DNA of 64,000 nt from an uncultured virus (IMG/VR IMGVR_UViG_3300013005_004049). Its lineage: Duplodnaviria > Heunggongvirae > Uroviricota > Caudoviricetes. The notes under the pieces were generated by a model that saw only the letters and a program-made list of their open reading frames with translations, was not told where the DNA came from and made no database searches. Made by a program: the position numbers and the translations under genes. The stretch's first letter is position 1. Every line of letters starts with the position of its first letter. The stretch covers positions 1 through 64,000 of IMG/VR virus record IMGVR_UViG_3300013005_004049; one strand, 5' to 3'. Positions 16,820 to 27,345 of this stretch are shown piece after piece.

Positions 16820-17407
16820 TTATCTTGCTTTGTTATCTGAATAAAAGATGTGACGTCCAATGGTGGCTATCTTTTCTTTACCCCATCTTGGACTCACATA
16901 GTCTGCATGATAGTACACAGCATCCTTGAGTCCGTCCAAACGGAATCCTTCCAACAGTACCTTTTTGGCCACTGCCATGCTTTCCTGATACGCGGCAGGA
17001 TTCACTGGTTTGCGAACTCCTGCGTTTTCACAGTACCAGCTGAACTGACAAATTACTTTGTCATAGATCACACTTTTCTGGAAAATTACTCCGCAAACAT
17101 CATCTGGCCATTTACCAGACTCCATGCGGTTGAGCGTGACCTGAGCCACTGCTACTTTACCTTCGAAGGGCTCATACCCTGCTTCGTAGTAAATGTTTTG
17201 TGCCAAGCATTTGAGTTCACGTTCGCGATCAGCAACTGTTACAAAAGTTGTTGGGTTGCTTGCAATCTGAGCTCGCAGATAATCCATCTTGGCCACGGTG
17301 ACTTTGGAAGCTACCATAAATGCAAGCACAAGGCCTGTCACTATAAATGCAAAACGGATCAATGCTCCTGTAAACACTCGAGGTGTTCCTTGGGCGAGAT
17401 TTTTCAT
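16820..17407 (-). CDS. SleB/CwlJ-family cell-wall hydrolase (Hydrolase_2) with N-terminal TM
   Basis: CLAQNIYYEA, KVAVAQVTLNR, VCGVIFQ, CQFSW, YYHADYVSPRW, IGRHIFY. Confidence 0.92.
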   Translation of the reverse strand: MKNLAQGTPRVFTGALIRFAFIVTGLVLAFMVASKVTVAKMDYLRAQIASNPTTFVTVADRERELKCLAQNIYYEAGYEPFEGKVAVAQVTLNRMESGKWPDDVCGVIFQKSVIYDKVICQFSWYCENAGVRKPVNPAAYQESMAVAKKVLLEGFRLDGLKDAVYYHADYVSPRWGKEKIATIGRHIFYSDNKAR

Positions 17408-17575
17408 ATATTTCTCCTTTCAATTCACGGATTGATAAATCCGTAGTTCTATTTACGGACTCAATTGTAGACTAATAATACACTATAAATCGGAAAGTGT
17501 CAAGGCTAACTACAAAGATCGAAAATAAACTACGCTGTTAACACCGTTCTAATGGGTTTTTATACCATTAACGGC

Positions 17576-19675
17576 TTATACAACTGTGCGTCTTGAGCGA
17601 CTTGCTTCATAGTATCCGGCCTGCAATTCAAAAAAGTGGCGCTGATATCCATAGTATGCATTGATAAAAATTAGATCCCTCGTTTGTTCTTCCGTGAGTC
17701 TATTGTTTACTGCATAGTTAGTGATTATGGTTTGTTGCTCAGTAGTGAGCCCAAAACCAAATTTTGCGCGGCGTTTTGCCGCTTCGTCTTCAATGTCAAC
17801 CTTGGGCATTTTAATTCCCAAAGTTTGAAGTGTTTGAGTGTTTCTTGCTTCTGCTTGCATGGCCAAAATAGCTTGCCCTCCTCGAGTGTTTGGATTGGCC
17901 ATAGTAGCAATAAGATTGTTAAATCCTGTGGCATCTGCCACAGCTTCAATGATATTGGTCACTAGTGATATCACAGCCTTTACACCGTTAGTGAAACTCC
18001 AAAAGCCTTCTTTGTTATCCTTTAAGGCCGTGAGCAATCCTGTGTTCATTCCAGCAGCGGCCGAAGATCCGCCGTCTGCTCCATTTGTTGCCGCAGTGCC
18101 AGCAATGGCTGTACCAATTGCCGTCGCAACTTGAGCAATGGTTTGAATAATAGAATAAACTGCGTAGCCCATGGCCACTGCGTTGGTAATTTCACTTACC
18201 AATTGCAGAGCACTTTCTAAAATGCCTTCTTCTGCATCTGCGCTGGCCTGTTGCACCACAGGGTCTGGTGAATTTTTCACTGCTTCCAGTGCAGCAATTA
18301 AATTTGCTTCCGCAATGGCGTTCAATGGGTCACCTGGATCATCATGCAGTTCGTAAAACTCCAATGCTACCAATAGAGCTTGCCCTTCAGCGGTGCTTTC
18401 GAGTCTGTCATTGGCTTCGCTAATTTTCTGATAAGCTTCGGTATGTGCAGCACCGCCGGCCGTGCCAATCAAATCAGTAAGAGTGGCTTCGCCAAACAAT
18501 CCACTGCCAGAGCTTAGATATGGTTTAAGAGCTGCCATATCACTTTCAAAGCTGGGGTTGTTGATTAATCCAATATCAGGTAAATCCAGTTGATCTAGAG
18601 TTTCAGCAATCAACTCCCAGGTCACGCGATTGGTGATTCCAAGGCTGGCAATTTGTCGACCAAAGTTTTCTAAATCACCGTAGGGTATGTTATCTAGTGC
18701 GCTCTGTGTCATCAATACATCTGGCCTACACAGATCAGCTGCGGTTTGACAGTTGCCAGGCTGCGCCAGTATTACACCCGTGCGTTCAATAATTACTTTT
18801 AACTCGTTGCCGGTAATGAGCTTGAGTGCTTCTTTTATGGCCACTGGACTGCTGTTGAACACTTCCTCATCGTTGTCAATGAATATGAACTCTTTTAACA
18901 AAGCTTCTCGCAAGCCTACATCTTCTGCAATACCCTGTTCACGCAAACTGTATATCAGTCCGCTTGGAGTTCCAATCCATTCTGGCAAATTTGGATCCCA
19001 GAGTGTGCCAAGATTTCTCATGGCTGCGGTAACTGTGCGCAACCCTGCGCGAATTTGTGCACCGCTGATGGAAATGCCAGATGCTGTGAGTCGTCTGCCC
19101 GCAATAGTATTGCCAGCAGCTGGGCCAAGTTGTGCAGTTACTCCGCCTGTGATCAAATCTGTAAATGTTTGGCAAGCTGTGAGCAATTGACTCACACTGC
19201 GCAGTGCACCAAACACCTCGGCTATGCCGCTACTGGTAAAACTGGCCTGTTCATAACTTCGTGCTCTCAGAGCTTGCTCAAGAAATCGTATGGGACTTTG
19301 CACCAAATCATTGGCTCTCTGTACTGCACTGCCCACAATGTCACTGGGATTTATGCCGGCTGCTTGAGCTGCTGACGAAATCACACCTAGCCCCACTGTG
19401 AGAGCAAACCCGCCTGCATTGTTTTTAATAGCGTTGGTTAGAACAACACTGGTGCTGGCTGCATTAACTATAGCTGTGAGTTTGCCACACACTCTGGTTA
19501 CACTTTGCAAACCACTGGCAACTGAACTGAAATCAGTTGGAGGGATAATTGCCAGTGGGTCAGTCAACAAAGCCAATAAACCCGTTGGCATCATGGGTGT
19601 GATATCGGGTCTATCTTTTCCTTCGGGATAAGGGGCCTTGCCCCGCGGTTGTTTACCAAAAGCTAAAAAACTCAT
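17576..19675 (-). CDS. Large Ala-rich hypothetical protein, probably virion structural
   Basis: 699-aa ORF; AGGA RBS; TAAGTA late-promoter variant at 19701-19696. Confidence 0.6.
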   Translation of the reverse strand: MSFLAFGKQPRGKAPYPEGKDRPDITPMMPTGLLALLTDPLAIIPPTDFSSVASGLQSVTRVCGKLTAIVNAASTSVVLTNAIKNNAGGFALTVGLGVISSAAQAAGINPSDIVGSAVQRANDLVQSPIRFLEQALRARSYEQASFTSSGIAEVFGALRSVSQLLTACQTFTDLITGGVTAQLGPAAGNTIAGRRLTASGISISGAQIRAGLRTVTAAMRNLGTLWDPNLPEWIGTPSGLIYSLREQGIAEDVGLREALLKEFIFIDNDEEVFNSSPVAIKEALKLITGNELKVIIERTGVILAQPGNCQTAADLCRPDVLMTQSALDNIPYGDLENFGRQIASLGITNRVTWELIAETLDQLDLPDIGLINNPSFESDMAALKPYLSSGSGLFGEATLTDLIGTAGGAAHTEAYQKISEANDRLESTAEGQALLVALEFYELHDDPGDPLNAIAEANLIAALEAVKNSPDPVVQQASADAEEGILESALQLVSEITNAVAMGYAVYSIIQTIAQVATAIGTAIAGTAATNGADGGSSAAAGMNTGLLTALKDNKEGFWSFTNGVKAVISLVTNIIEAVADATGFNNLIATMANPNTRGGQAILAMQAEARNTQTLQTLGIKMPKVDIEDEAAKRRAKFGFGLTTEQQTIITNYAVNNRLTEEQTRDLIFINAYYGYQRHFFELQAGYYEASRSRRTVV

Positions 19676-19722
19676 TGCTGTGTCCTATGTAACTATACTT
19701 ATCTGCCTGAACTCAGGTCAGA

Positions 19723-20043
19723 TTAAAGCCCGGTTACAATGCTGCCAGCAGTAACAGTTTTGATACCTGTGGTAACCTCTATGTAATGGTCGCGTATTTC
19801 TTTGGCTGTGCTGGAGTGCAGTAGCACATGGCTTTTACTAACAGTTACTTTGAAATCCGGCTGTGAAGTAAACAGGCTTGAAATTAGCATGATACCTTTT
19901 TGACTAGGAACCACAGTGCATGGGCGTTCTAGTCTATATTCTGCGCTGCCATCTTCAATTACTTTGGCCACAATTTCGTCGCCATTGATTAATTTCAACG
20001 AAGCAATATCACCTTCACTGTACTTGTTGTTTTCGATTAACAT
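19723..20043 (-). CDS. Hypothetical phage protein (Sm-like fold suspected)
   Basis: SLKLINGDEIVAKV...IRDHYIEVTTGI. Confidence 0.6.
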   Translation of the reverse strand: MLIENNKYSEGDIASLKLINGDEIVAKVIEDGSAEYRLERPCTVVPSQKGIMLISSLFTSQPDFKVTVSKSHVLLHSSTAKEIRDHYIEVTTGIKTVTAGSIVTGL

Positions 20044-20045
20044 TT

Positions 20046-20291
20046 TTATCCTTTGAGAGCTGCAAACCAAGAGTCGTCTTGACGACTCAATCCTTGATAA
20101 CCACCTTCAATCAAGAGTTTACCGTCTTGATATATTTGTGGCACTGTTCTGTGTCCTTCGCCAACAATAAACTGTTTGGCTGTGTCATCTTCGTCTATTT
20201 TTACTTCTTGATAATCAAGTCCTTTTAACTTTAGCAAGTTTTTGGCCTGCACACAAAAAGGACAATTGTTTTTTGAATACACTGTGATCAT
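20046..20291 (-). CDS. Glutaredoxin
   Basis: CPFC, TVPQI, GGY. Confidence 0.93.
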   Translation of the reverse strand: MITVYSKNNCPFCVQAKNLLKLKGLDYQEVKIDEDDTAKQFIVGEGHRTVPQIYQDGKLLIEGGYQGLSRQDDSWFAALKG

Positions 20292-20292
20292 T

Positions 20293-21417
20293 TTATAAGC
20301 TGAATCCTTTGAATGTATCGTTAGTGACATCTTGTTTTGTGCCACCAATCACATAAGTAGTTATCTCTGTTTCCTGGGGGGCAACTTGAACTTCTGCTCC
20401 AGCAATCCATTTTTGTGTCCACGGCAGTGGATTACTGCCAGTCTTGATATGGCACTTGAGACCCACGCTGTTCATGCGCTTGCAGGTCAGCCAATCAATA
20501 TAATCGCAGAGTAGTTGCTCATTGAGACCAATCATGCTGCCATCTTTGAACAAATACTTTGCCCAGTCTTTTTCTTGAGCAGCGGCTTGCAAAAACATGT
20601 CTTCGCATTCCTGCAAAGTTTCTTCCTTGATCTTGGCAAAGTCATGATCATCCTGCGGTAGTATTTTCAACAGAGTTTGTGTTGCACCCAGATGCACATT
20701 CTCATCGCGACAGATGAGTTTGATAATCTTGGCATTGCCTTCCATCTTCTTGAGTTCTGCAAATGCCCAGGAGCAGGCAAAACTCACATAAAATCTTATG
20801 CCTTCTAAGGCGTTTACAGAATTTATTGCCAACCATAACTTTTTCTTAAGATCATAAAGATCAATCTTGATTTCTTTACCGTTCACAGTATGAGTACCGG
20901 CTCCCAGTAGGTTGTAGTAGCTGCCGTACTCTATCACATCATCATAGTATTTGCTGATGTCTTTGGCACAATCCATGATAGGTTGTATTTCCATGAGCTC
21001 ATCAAAAATAATACTTGGGTCGCTGTAGACATTTCGTATGATGTGAGTATAACTGCGACTATGTACTGTTTCGTTAAAGGTCCAAGTGGCAATCCAAGTT
21101 TCTAATTCTGGTAAGCTGCACAACGGTCCAAATGCTGCACTGGGCGCACGACCTTGCACACTGTCTAGCAGAATCTGTCGTTTGAGATTGCTGGTAAAAA
21201 TATGTTGTTCAAATGGAGTTAGTTCTTTGAAATCCTTGCTGTCATGTCCCACATCAATTTCTTCAGGGCGCCAAAAAAAGCCAAGTTGTTTATCTGTTAG
21301 TTTATCAAATTGTCTATACTTGAGAGTATCAAATCGTTGGATGGTAACACCACCGTTGGGATCTAAAAAAGCCAAACTGTCCACATGGGACTTCTTATTA
21401 ATATTAAAAATTGACAC
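20293..21417 (-). CDS. nrdB: Class Ia ribonucleotide reductase beta subunit
   Basis: FFWRPEE, LLDSVQGR, ETVHSRSY, LEGIRFYVSFACSWAF, RDENVH, APQETEITTY. Confidence 0.97.
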   Translation of the reverse strand: MSIFNINKKSHVDSLAFLDPNGGVTIQRFDTLKYRQFDKLTDKQLGFFWRPEEIDVGHDSKDFKELTPFEQHIFTSNLKRQILLDSVQGRAPSAAFGPLCSLPELETWIATWTFNETVHSRSYTHIIRNVYSDPSIIFDELMEIQPIMDCAKDISKYYDDVIEYGSYYNLLGAGTHTVNGKEIKIDLYDLKKKLWLAINSVNALEGIRFYVSFACSWAFAELKKMEGNAKIIKLICRDENVHLGATQTLLKILPQDDHDFAKIKEETLQECEDMFLQAAAQEKDWAKYLFKDGSMIGLNEQLLCDYIDWLTCKRMNSVGLKCHIKTGSNPLPWTQKWIAGAEVQVAPQETEITTYVIGGTKQDVTNDTFKGFSL

Positions 21418-21427
21418 GGTGTTTTCC

Positions 21428-23728
21428 TTAAATTACACAGCTTTCGCAGTCTTCTTGTTCAATGGGAGCTAGTTGTTCTTCTTTTGCTGAAAGTTTATCT
21501 ACATCAATTTCGCCTTGGCCATCGTAGGTATTAAAATAGTATAGTTGTTTACCGCCGTACTTGTAAAACTGTACCACATGGCGCAGCATGTCGCTCATGG
21601 GAATTTTTTCATCATCGTAGAATTGTGGATTGTAACTGGTGTTGACACTGATGCCTTGATCAATGTATTTTTGTAACACTGCGCAAATGTTCATGTAACC
21701 TTCGGGGCTACGCTGATTCCACAGCAGTTCGTACTTGTTTTTTAATCTACGGTACTCTGGCACCACTTGTTTGAGAACGCCATCTTTGCTTTGTTTCACG
21801 CTAACATAACTGCGTGGCGGCTCAATGCCATTTGTGGCATTGCTGATTTGTGCGCTGGTTTCGGCTGGCATCAATGCCATTAGTGTGGCATTACGAATAC
21901 CAGTGGCAAGAATCTGCTCTCGCAGACTCTGCCACGGCATGCGCTCTTGGTGTGCTACCAGTTCATCTACTTCTTTCTTGCGTGTGTCAATTGGCAACAC
22001 ACCGTCAGCATATTTTAGATCTTGCCAACGAGTGCATGGACCTTGTTCGGCTGCTAGATCAGCTGATGCCTTGATTAAATAATAACTCCATGCTTCTGCA
22101 TATTCATCCACCAGAGGTAGTGCCTGGGGGTTTGAATAGCTGGAGTCATTCTTGGCCAGCCAATAGGCAAAGTTAATAATACCAATGCCTAGCGGACGAA
22201 ATTCTTGGGTTGCCAGTTCTGCTGCTAGTACAGGATACTGCTGATAACTTAACAATGCATCTAAACCACGAACTGCTAACCGACACATCTTTTCGAAGTC
22301 ATGTGGGCTTTTTACATTGCCCCAATTGATCGCTGATAGAGTACATAAAGCGATCCTACCATCTTCATCGTTGACATCGTTCAACGGTACAGTTGGCAAA
22401 TCGATTTCACAACAAAGGTTACTCATCTTGATAGGAGCACGGTCTGGCTTGAATGGACTATGCGTGTTAGCATGATCCACATTTTGTAGATACACACGAC
22501 CAGTGTCCTTGCGTTCCTGCATGAATTTACTAAACAACTCCGCTGCTTTGATTTTTTTCTTTCTAATCTTAGTATTGCGTTCAGCGGTTTCGTACAGTTC
22601 TTTGAAATGATCAGCATCCGTAAAAAATGCATCGTACATCTCTGGAACATCTTTTGGCGAAAACAATGTGATGTCTCCGCCTTGCAACAATCGCTCATAC
22701 ATCACACGATTGAACTGCACTCCGTAATCCATATGGCGCACACGATTGTCTTCGGTGCCTTTGTTGTTTTTCAGCACCAGCATGTCTTCAATTTCTAAAT
22801 GCCATATGGGATAATACAAGGTGGCTGCGCCATTGCGCACGCCGCCCTGACTGCAACTGCGAGTGGCTGCCTGGAACAATTTGAAGAAAGGAATCACACC
22901 AGTGTGATATGCATCTCCATTACGAATAGGGCTTCCCAGCGCACGAATACGACCTGCACCAATTCCAATGCCGGCTTTTTGGCTCACATACTTTACCACG
23001 GCGCTGGTTGTGGCATTGATGCTGTCTAGGCTATCGCCTGACTCAATGAGCACACAACTGGAAAACTGTTTCTGCGGGGTGCGTACACCTGCCATCACAG
23101 GCGTAGGCAAACTGATGTCATGATTGGAAATAGCATCGTAATAATCTCTAACCCAGCGCAGTCGTGTTTCTCGAGAATATGTTTGAAACAGTGTGGCAGC
23201 AATCAGCAGATATGCCACCTGCGGTGTTTCAAAAATTTCCTTGGTCACACGATTCTGTACTAGATATTTGCCACGCCATTGTTCCATGGCAGCATAGGTA
23301 AAGTTTTCATCGCGCTTGTGATCCATGTAGCTGTTCAAAGTGTTCCACTCGTCTGCGGAATAAGCGGCGAGAAGACCTTTATCATAAAATCCCGCCTCCA
23401 CATTTTTCTTCACCAAATCCAGCAGGGGCCATGGTTCATAGTCTCCGTAGACTTGTTTACGCAAATGGTACACTATCAGCCTGCCAGCCACATATTGATA
23501 GTTTGGTGTGTCTTCAGTGATAAGATCAGCTGCTGCTTTGATAAGCGTTTCTTGAATCTCTGATGTTTTAATTCCGTTGAAAAACTGAATATGACTCTTA
23601 ATTTCTACTTCACTGGCACTAACACCTGTTATGCCTTCTGTGGCCCAGAAAACCACCTGGTGTAGTTTTTCTAGATCCAATGGCATCTTGGCGCCGTTTC
23701 TTTTTGTAACTTGTATTTGTTGACTCAT
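21428..23728 (-). CDS. nrdA: Class Ia ribonucleotide reductase alpha subunit
   Basis: ATP cone (VTKRNG), QFSSCVLI, SNLCCEI, C-terminal CESCVI. Confidence 0.97.
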   Translation of the reverse strand: MSQQIQVTKRNGAKMPLDLEKLHQVVFWATEGITGVSASEVEIKSHIQFFNGIKTSEIQETLIKAAADLITEDTPNYQYVAGRLIVYHLRKQVYGDYEPWPLLDLVKKNVEAGFYDKGLLAAYSADEWNTLNSYMDHKRDENFTYAAMEQWRGKYLVQNRVTKEIFETPQVAYLLIAATLFQTYSRETRLRWVRDYYDAISNHDISLPTPVMAGVRTPQKQFSSCVLIESGDSLDSINATTSAVVKYVSQKAGIGIGAGRIRALGSPIRNGDAYHTGVIPFFKLFQAATRSCSQGGVRNGAATLYYPIWHLEIEDMLVLKNNKGTEDNRVRHMDYGVQFNRVMYERLLQGGDITLFSPKDVPEMYDAFFTDADHFKELYETAERNTKIRKKKIKAAELFSKFMQERKDTGRVYLQNVDHANTHSPFKPDRAPIKMSNLCCEIDLPTVPLNDVNDEDGRIALCTLSAINWGNVKSPHDFEKMCRLAVRGLDALLSYQQYPVLAAELATQEFRPLGIGIINFAYWLAKNDSSYSNPQALPLVDEYAEAWSYYLIKASADLAAEQGPCTRWQDLKYADGVLPIDTRKKEVDELVAHQERMPWQSLREQILATGIRNATLMALMPAETSAQISNATNGIEPPRSYVSVKQSKDGVLKQVVPEYRRLKNKYELLWNQRSPEGYMNICAVLQKYIDQGISVNTSYNPQFYDDEKIPMSDMLRHVVQFYKYGGKQLYYFNTYDGQGEIDVDKLSAKEEQLAPIEQEDCESCVI

Positions 23729-23742
23729 TGATTCCTCTGACT

Positions 23743-24189
23743 TCAATAACGATCCAGCCCTAAATCAGCACTGGAATATTTGATAATTTGTACTAAGCTC
23801 TCTGGTATTGATTTTTTATTTACAACCTCGCTGGATTCTAAATTAAGAACATATTTCCCATTGTTAATCCAAACTAAATTAAACTGGTGAAGTGTTCCGT
23901 GCTGACGATACACACGCACTTCTAAATCACAATTTTTATGATCACTTAGATGTAGAGTGTACACTATTGCTAGAGCTTTTGCAAGATCGCAGTAGTAATT
24001 CTCGGCAATTAAAGTCCACGGATCTGGCCAAGTATCTGGCCTGTCGTACTCAAGGTAAAAAGGAGTAAAGGGTGCTCTACTCCAGAATCTGGCCACATGT
24101 TCCAGCGCAGATTCAATGGACATTGAATCTATTTCTTTACGAAATCTTTTCCAATAGTCCAACCGTTCAGCTGGAGATAGTTTCCACAT
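23743..24189 (-). CDS. Hypothetical phage protein
   Basis: Packed ORF, WPDPWTLI..NYYCD; TAAGTA 5 nt upstream of ATG. Confidence 0.65.
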   Translation of the reverse strand: MWKLSPAERLDYWKRFRKEIDSMSIESALEHVARFWSRAPFTPFYLEYDRPDTWPDPWTLIAENYYCDLAKALAIVYTLHLSDHKNCDLEVRVYRQHGTLHQFNLVWINNGKYVLNLESSEVVNKKSIPESLVQIIKYSSADLGLDRY

Positions 24190-24203
24190 GAACTTACTTA
24201 TGT

Positions 24204-25820
24204 TTAGACAAACTTGGTTATTGAATATGTCAAGGTGCCAGAGCCGCTGCCGTCACTGGTGTATGCCAAGTTTGCCTGCGTGGCACTGATACTCATGACC
24301 TTGAAAGTTACTCCAGTAGGGCCCGGATACGAAAAATTACCCGCATCAGGATACTCAACATATTCGTCCATGTATTGCACATTGGTTCCTGCATGCACAA
24401 TGTCAATTTTGCCATGTCTATATGCACTGGCGCTGGGTCTCTGCAACCAATAGTGTACTGTGGCAGCACCATTGGTTCCGTCAAATACAATACCTGTGTT
24501 TGCATTAGTTTGACTTGCACTAATGGTCAGCACTCGTCCAGGTGCTTGATTGACCTTGCCGAGACTTATACCGGTGTTGGCATCAAAACTCATGCTCACA
24601 CTAGCTGCTGGTGTGCTTACCCGTGGTTGTACTGCATGATCTTTTTCGTCGCGAACAAAAACATCGCCTATGCTGTGATTGCCACTGCCACCAAATGTCA
24701 CCACTGGGTATGCGGCAGATCCTATGCCTGCATAGGCTGTGCCAACATCATCATAAAAGTTCATGCTGCTGATTACAGAAGTGTAAATGTTTGTATTAGC
24801 TGCTTGAACATTAATGGCTGATCTAGCAATGTCGTCAAAGGTACTGTTTATTACTTTGATATTTTTTGTTTCAACCACCGTGGCTGTGGTGTCAATTACC
24901 ACTGCCTGACTTAACTGTTTGAAACCGCAGCCAATGAATCTAATGTCTGTTCCATTAAGCACTGCACCTTGAGTGCAGTTGTTGAAATCACATTCAACAA
25001 AACTTACATTTCGTATAAAGCCAGAATTGCTCAATGGTCTTGCATAAACAGCATTCTGTAATGCAACATTGGCACTGTTGGGGCTGCTTTGACTGCCTTT
25101 GAACACCACTCGTATAAATTCAACTCGCTCAGTGGTATCTAGTCTTACAATATCTTGATTGACAAGATGTTCAAGAGTCATGTTTTCAATGTAAATATCT
25201 CGGGCCACTGTTGCACTACCAGTGCCGTAGTTTGCATCAATTTTGTTTTCGCTGTCTTTAAGTTGAACCAATGGATAAAGATTTGAACTCTGTCTAATTA
25301 TGGTTCTTCCTTTGCCCTCGCCTTGCAAGATAGCAAAGCTGGGCAATTTTAGGCTGGCGGTAATTAGATACACACCAGCCGGGAAATGAATAATTCTACG
25401 CAGTCTTGGTGTAGTCAGTGAGAAGTTACCAAAATACACTTCGTCAATGGCTCGTTGTATAGCTGCGGTATCATTGGTGTTACCGTCGCCCACAACACCG
25501 AAGTCGCGTACATTTACATAATCATCAACTTTTTGCTGTAGCGTACGAGTGATCGGTTGATCTGTGGTAGGACCAGTTCGACTGGTGTAACCAGACTGAC
25601 TGCCTCTAAATGTATAGGCATCACTGATGTTCAACAGATCTGAATACTGTGTGAGAATTTCTGTCACACCAGTCTCTGGTGCACCTTCAGCAATGGTTCC
25701 ATTGCCAATGTACAGCTGGCGTGTGTCAACAGCCCATCCTAACTCTGCGCTGGCCAGCTGTGGTAAATCCTGTTGCAGCCCTTTACGGTGCTGAATTCTT
25801 GATATCTGAATAACGGCCAT
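24204..25820 (-). CDS. Tail fibre/spike with pectate-lyase-like beta-helix
   Basis: N-terminal IQHRKG..LPQLASAELGWAVDTRQLYIGNG adaptor; VNVRDFGVVGDGNTNDTAAIQRAI, FPAGVY. Confidence 0.8.
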   Translation of the reverse strand: MAVIQISRIQHRKGLQQDLPQLASAELGWAVDTRQLYIGNGTIAEGAPETGVTEILTQYSDLLNISDAYTFRGSQSGYTSRTGPTTDQPITRTLQQKVDDYVNVRDFGVVGDGNTNDTAAIQRAIDEVYFGNFSLTTPRLRRIIHFPAGVYLITASLKLPSFAILQGEGKGRTIIRQSSNLYPLVQLKDSENKIDANYGTGSATVARDIYIENMTLEHLVNQDIVRLDTTERVEFIRVVFKGSQSSPNSANVALQNAVYARPLSNSGFIRNVSFVECDFNNCTQGAVLNGTDIRFIGCGFKQLSQAVVIDTTATVVETKNIKVINSTFDDIARSAINVQAANTNIYTSVISSMNFYDDVGTAYAGIGSAAYPVVTFGGSGNHSIGDVFVRDEKDHAVQPRVSTPAASVSMSFDANTGISLGKVNQAPGRVLTISASQTNANTGIVFDGTNGAATVHYWLQRPSASAYRHGKIDIVHAGTNVQYMDEYVEYPDAGNFSYPGPTGVTFKVMSISATQANLAYTSDGSGSGTLTYSITKFV

Positions 25821-25846
25821 TTGCTAAAAACCCCTGTATGGAGTAT

Positions 25847-26557
25847 TTAGCTCATCAGGTAGTATAGCTCAACTCGCTTGAGCCACTCTTCCTTCCAGTG
25901 TGCAAATTCAGTGCTTTCGATGGTAAATTCCTGGTATTCTGGGGTACTGTAGGTGCCATCTTCTAGCAGTTTTGGCTGTGCGCACATCAATATCACGCCA
26001 TCCTGTATGTTGGTACCGTGTGTTTCATTGTGTGCTTCTGCATAGGCTGCAAGCTGTAAAAAATAATCTCCAACCCATTCGCGTTTTTTAGGCCGGTTGG
26101 TCTGCTTGAAATCCATAATTGCAGGACGACCCTTCCACACACCCACACAGTCTGTGGTACCCGCATATAACCCACTATAATAAACAGGCACTTCTGACCC
26201 CCAGAATTCATCCACATGACACAGGCCTTTGAGGATAACTTCTGCTGCCATGAACCAACTGGGGTGTGCATAAGGATTGGTAGGCAAGGGTTTCATGTCA
26301 TCCTGCAGGATAAATGATTCCAAATAAGCATGCATACGAGTACCGCGATTGGCTGCTTCTGTGGTAATGGCTTGAGCACGTTCCACCCCCACACGGTTAC
26401 GCCATTCCTGAAGTTTCTGCTTGGCTTCCTCTGGCTTGGTGCGATCTAGAATAGTAGTAACACTGGGTACTTTGCTGCCATCAGGCAAGCAATAGTGTCT
26501 CTTGCCATCCACAGTTGTTCTGTTGATTGGCGTGTAGTCATATCGTTGAATTATCAT
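25847..26557 (-). CDS. PD-(D/E)xK exonuclease
   Basis: PSVTTIL, RGTRMH, YAGTTD, IMDFKQ, LQLAAYA. Confidence 0.88.
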   Translation of the reverse strand: MIIQRYDYTPINRTTVDGKRHYCLPDGSKVPSVTTILDRTKPEEAKQKLQEWRNRVGVERAQAITTEAANRGTRMHAYLESFILQDDMKPLPTNPYAHPSWFMAAEVILKGLCHVDEFWGSEVPVYYSGLYAGTTDCVGVWKGRPAIMDFKQTNRPKKREWVGDYFLQLAAYAEAHNETHGTNIQDGVILMCAQPKLLEDGTYSTPEYQEFTIESTEFAHWKEEWLKRVELYYLMS

Positions 26558-26884
26558 TTATATTCGAAAACTTTCCCCGCATCCGCATTCGCCTTTGGAA
26601 TTTGGATTGCGAAACTCGAACCCTTCATTGAGTCCTTGTCTTACATAGTCTACTTCTAGTCCACTGATGTACACATGGTCTTGACCATTTACCCATACCG
26701 TGGCACCATTGCTTTCATACTGGAACCAGTCACGAGTAACAGGCGCAGTGTCCATGTATTCTAACACATAAGCCAGGCCCGAGCAACCAGTGGTTTTTAC
26801 ACCAATGCGTATGCCCACTCCATGTCCTCGGCGTTCAATATGTGCAATAACTTTTTTAGCAGCTTGTTCAGTCAGTGTTATCAT
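26558..26884 (-). CDS. iscA: Fe-S cluster A-type carrier IscA
   Basis: ITLTEQAA, TTGCSGLAY, NPN..ECGCGESF. Confidence 0.95.
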   Translation of the reverse strand: MITLTEQAAKKVIAHIERRGHGVGIRIGVKTTGCSGLAYVLEYMDTAPVTRDWFQYESNGATVWVNGQDHVYISGLEVDYVRQGLNEGFEFRNPNSKGECGCGESFRI

Positions 26885-27345
26885 GTGTGCCAGATCTCAT
26901 CAAAACCTTCTTGTTCAGTGGGTTCTTCCCAGTCGCCCAGCATTTTTTCCAGCACTGAGTCAGGAATCTCTTTACCTGGTCTGCTGTCAAGGCGGCGTCG
27001 TAATTCCATTGGCTCCGGGGTAGGAAAAACTACAGCCACCATCTTGTAGTCAGGCAGCATGCGAAACTTTCTAGCACGGCTGGCTGTGGTAGTAGAAGTT
27101 TGATCCCAGATGATATCTTTTTCTTGTTCTCTAGCATCAATCACCTGAGCAGCCATGATGTTCACAGCCTTGGGCATGTACTCGTCAAATATTTCAGTAT
27201 AAGTTTTTCCCTGGCGGTCAGCTTCAATTTGCACCCAAACATCTGTTGACGCATAGGTACAATCTTTTGCCCAGTCTTGATTAGACACCCAGGTGCTTTT
27301 GCCCGAGCCAGGTACGCCTACTAGGATATATGCTGTTGGCATCAA
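26881..27345 (-). CDS. P-loop kinase (AAA_33, polynucleotide-kinase-like)
   Basis: GVPGSGKST, IIWDQT, EEPTEQEGFDEI. Confidence 0.8.
   Translation of the reverse strand: MMPTAYILVGVPGSGKSTWVSNQDWAKDCTYASTDVWVQIEADRQGKTYTEIFDEYMPKAVNIMAAQVIDAREQEKDIIWDQTSTTTASRARKFRMLPDYKMVAVVFPTPEPMELRRRLDSRPGKEIPDSVLEKMLGDWEEPTEQEGFDEIWHT

Noticed and set aside
20293..23728. Introns or inteins in nrdA/nrdB (also checked in helicase and UvsW)
   Set aside because: ORFs are continuous and of normal length, with no intein-type insertions
11548..25820. Diversity-generating retroelement acting on fibre genes
   Set aside because: No reverse transcriptase and no template/variable repeat pair noticed
25847..26557. 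Cas4-like nuclease as a sign of a CRISPR system
   Set aside because: Lacks the four-Cys Fe-S pattern and has no cas neighbours; an ordinary phage PD-(D/E)xK exonuclease
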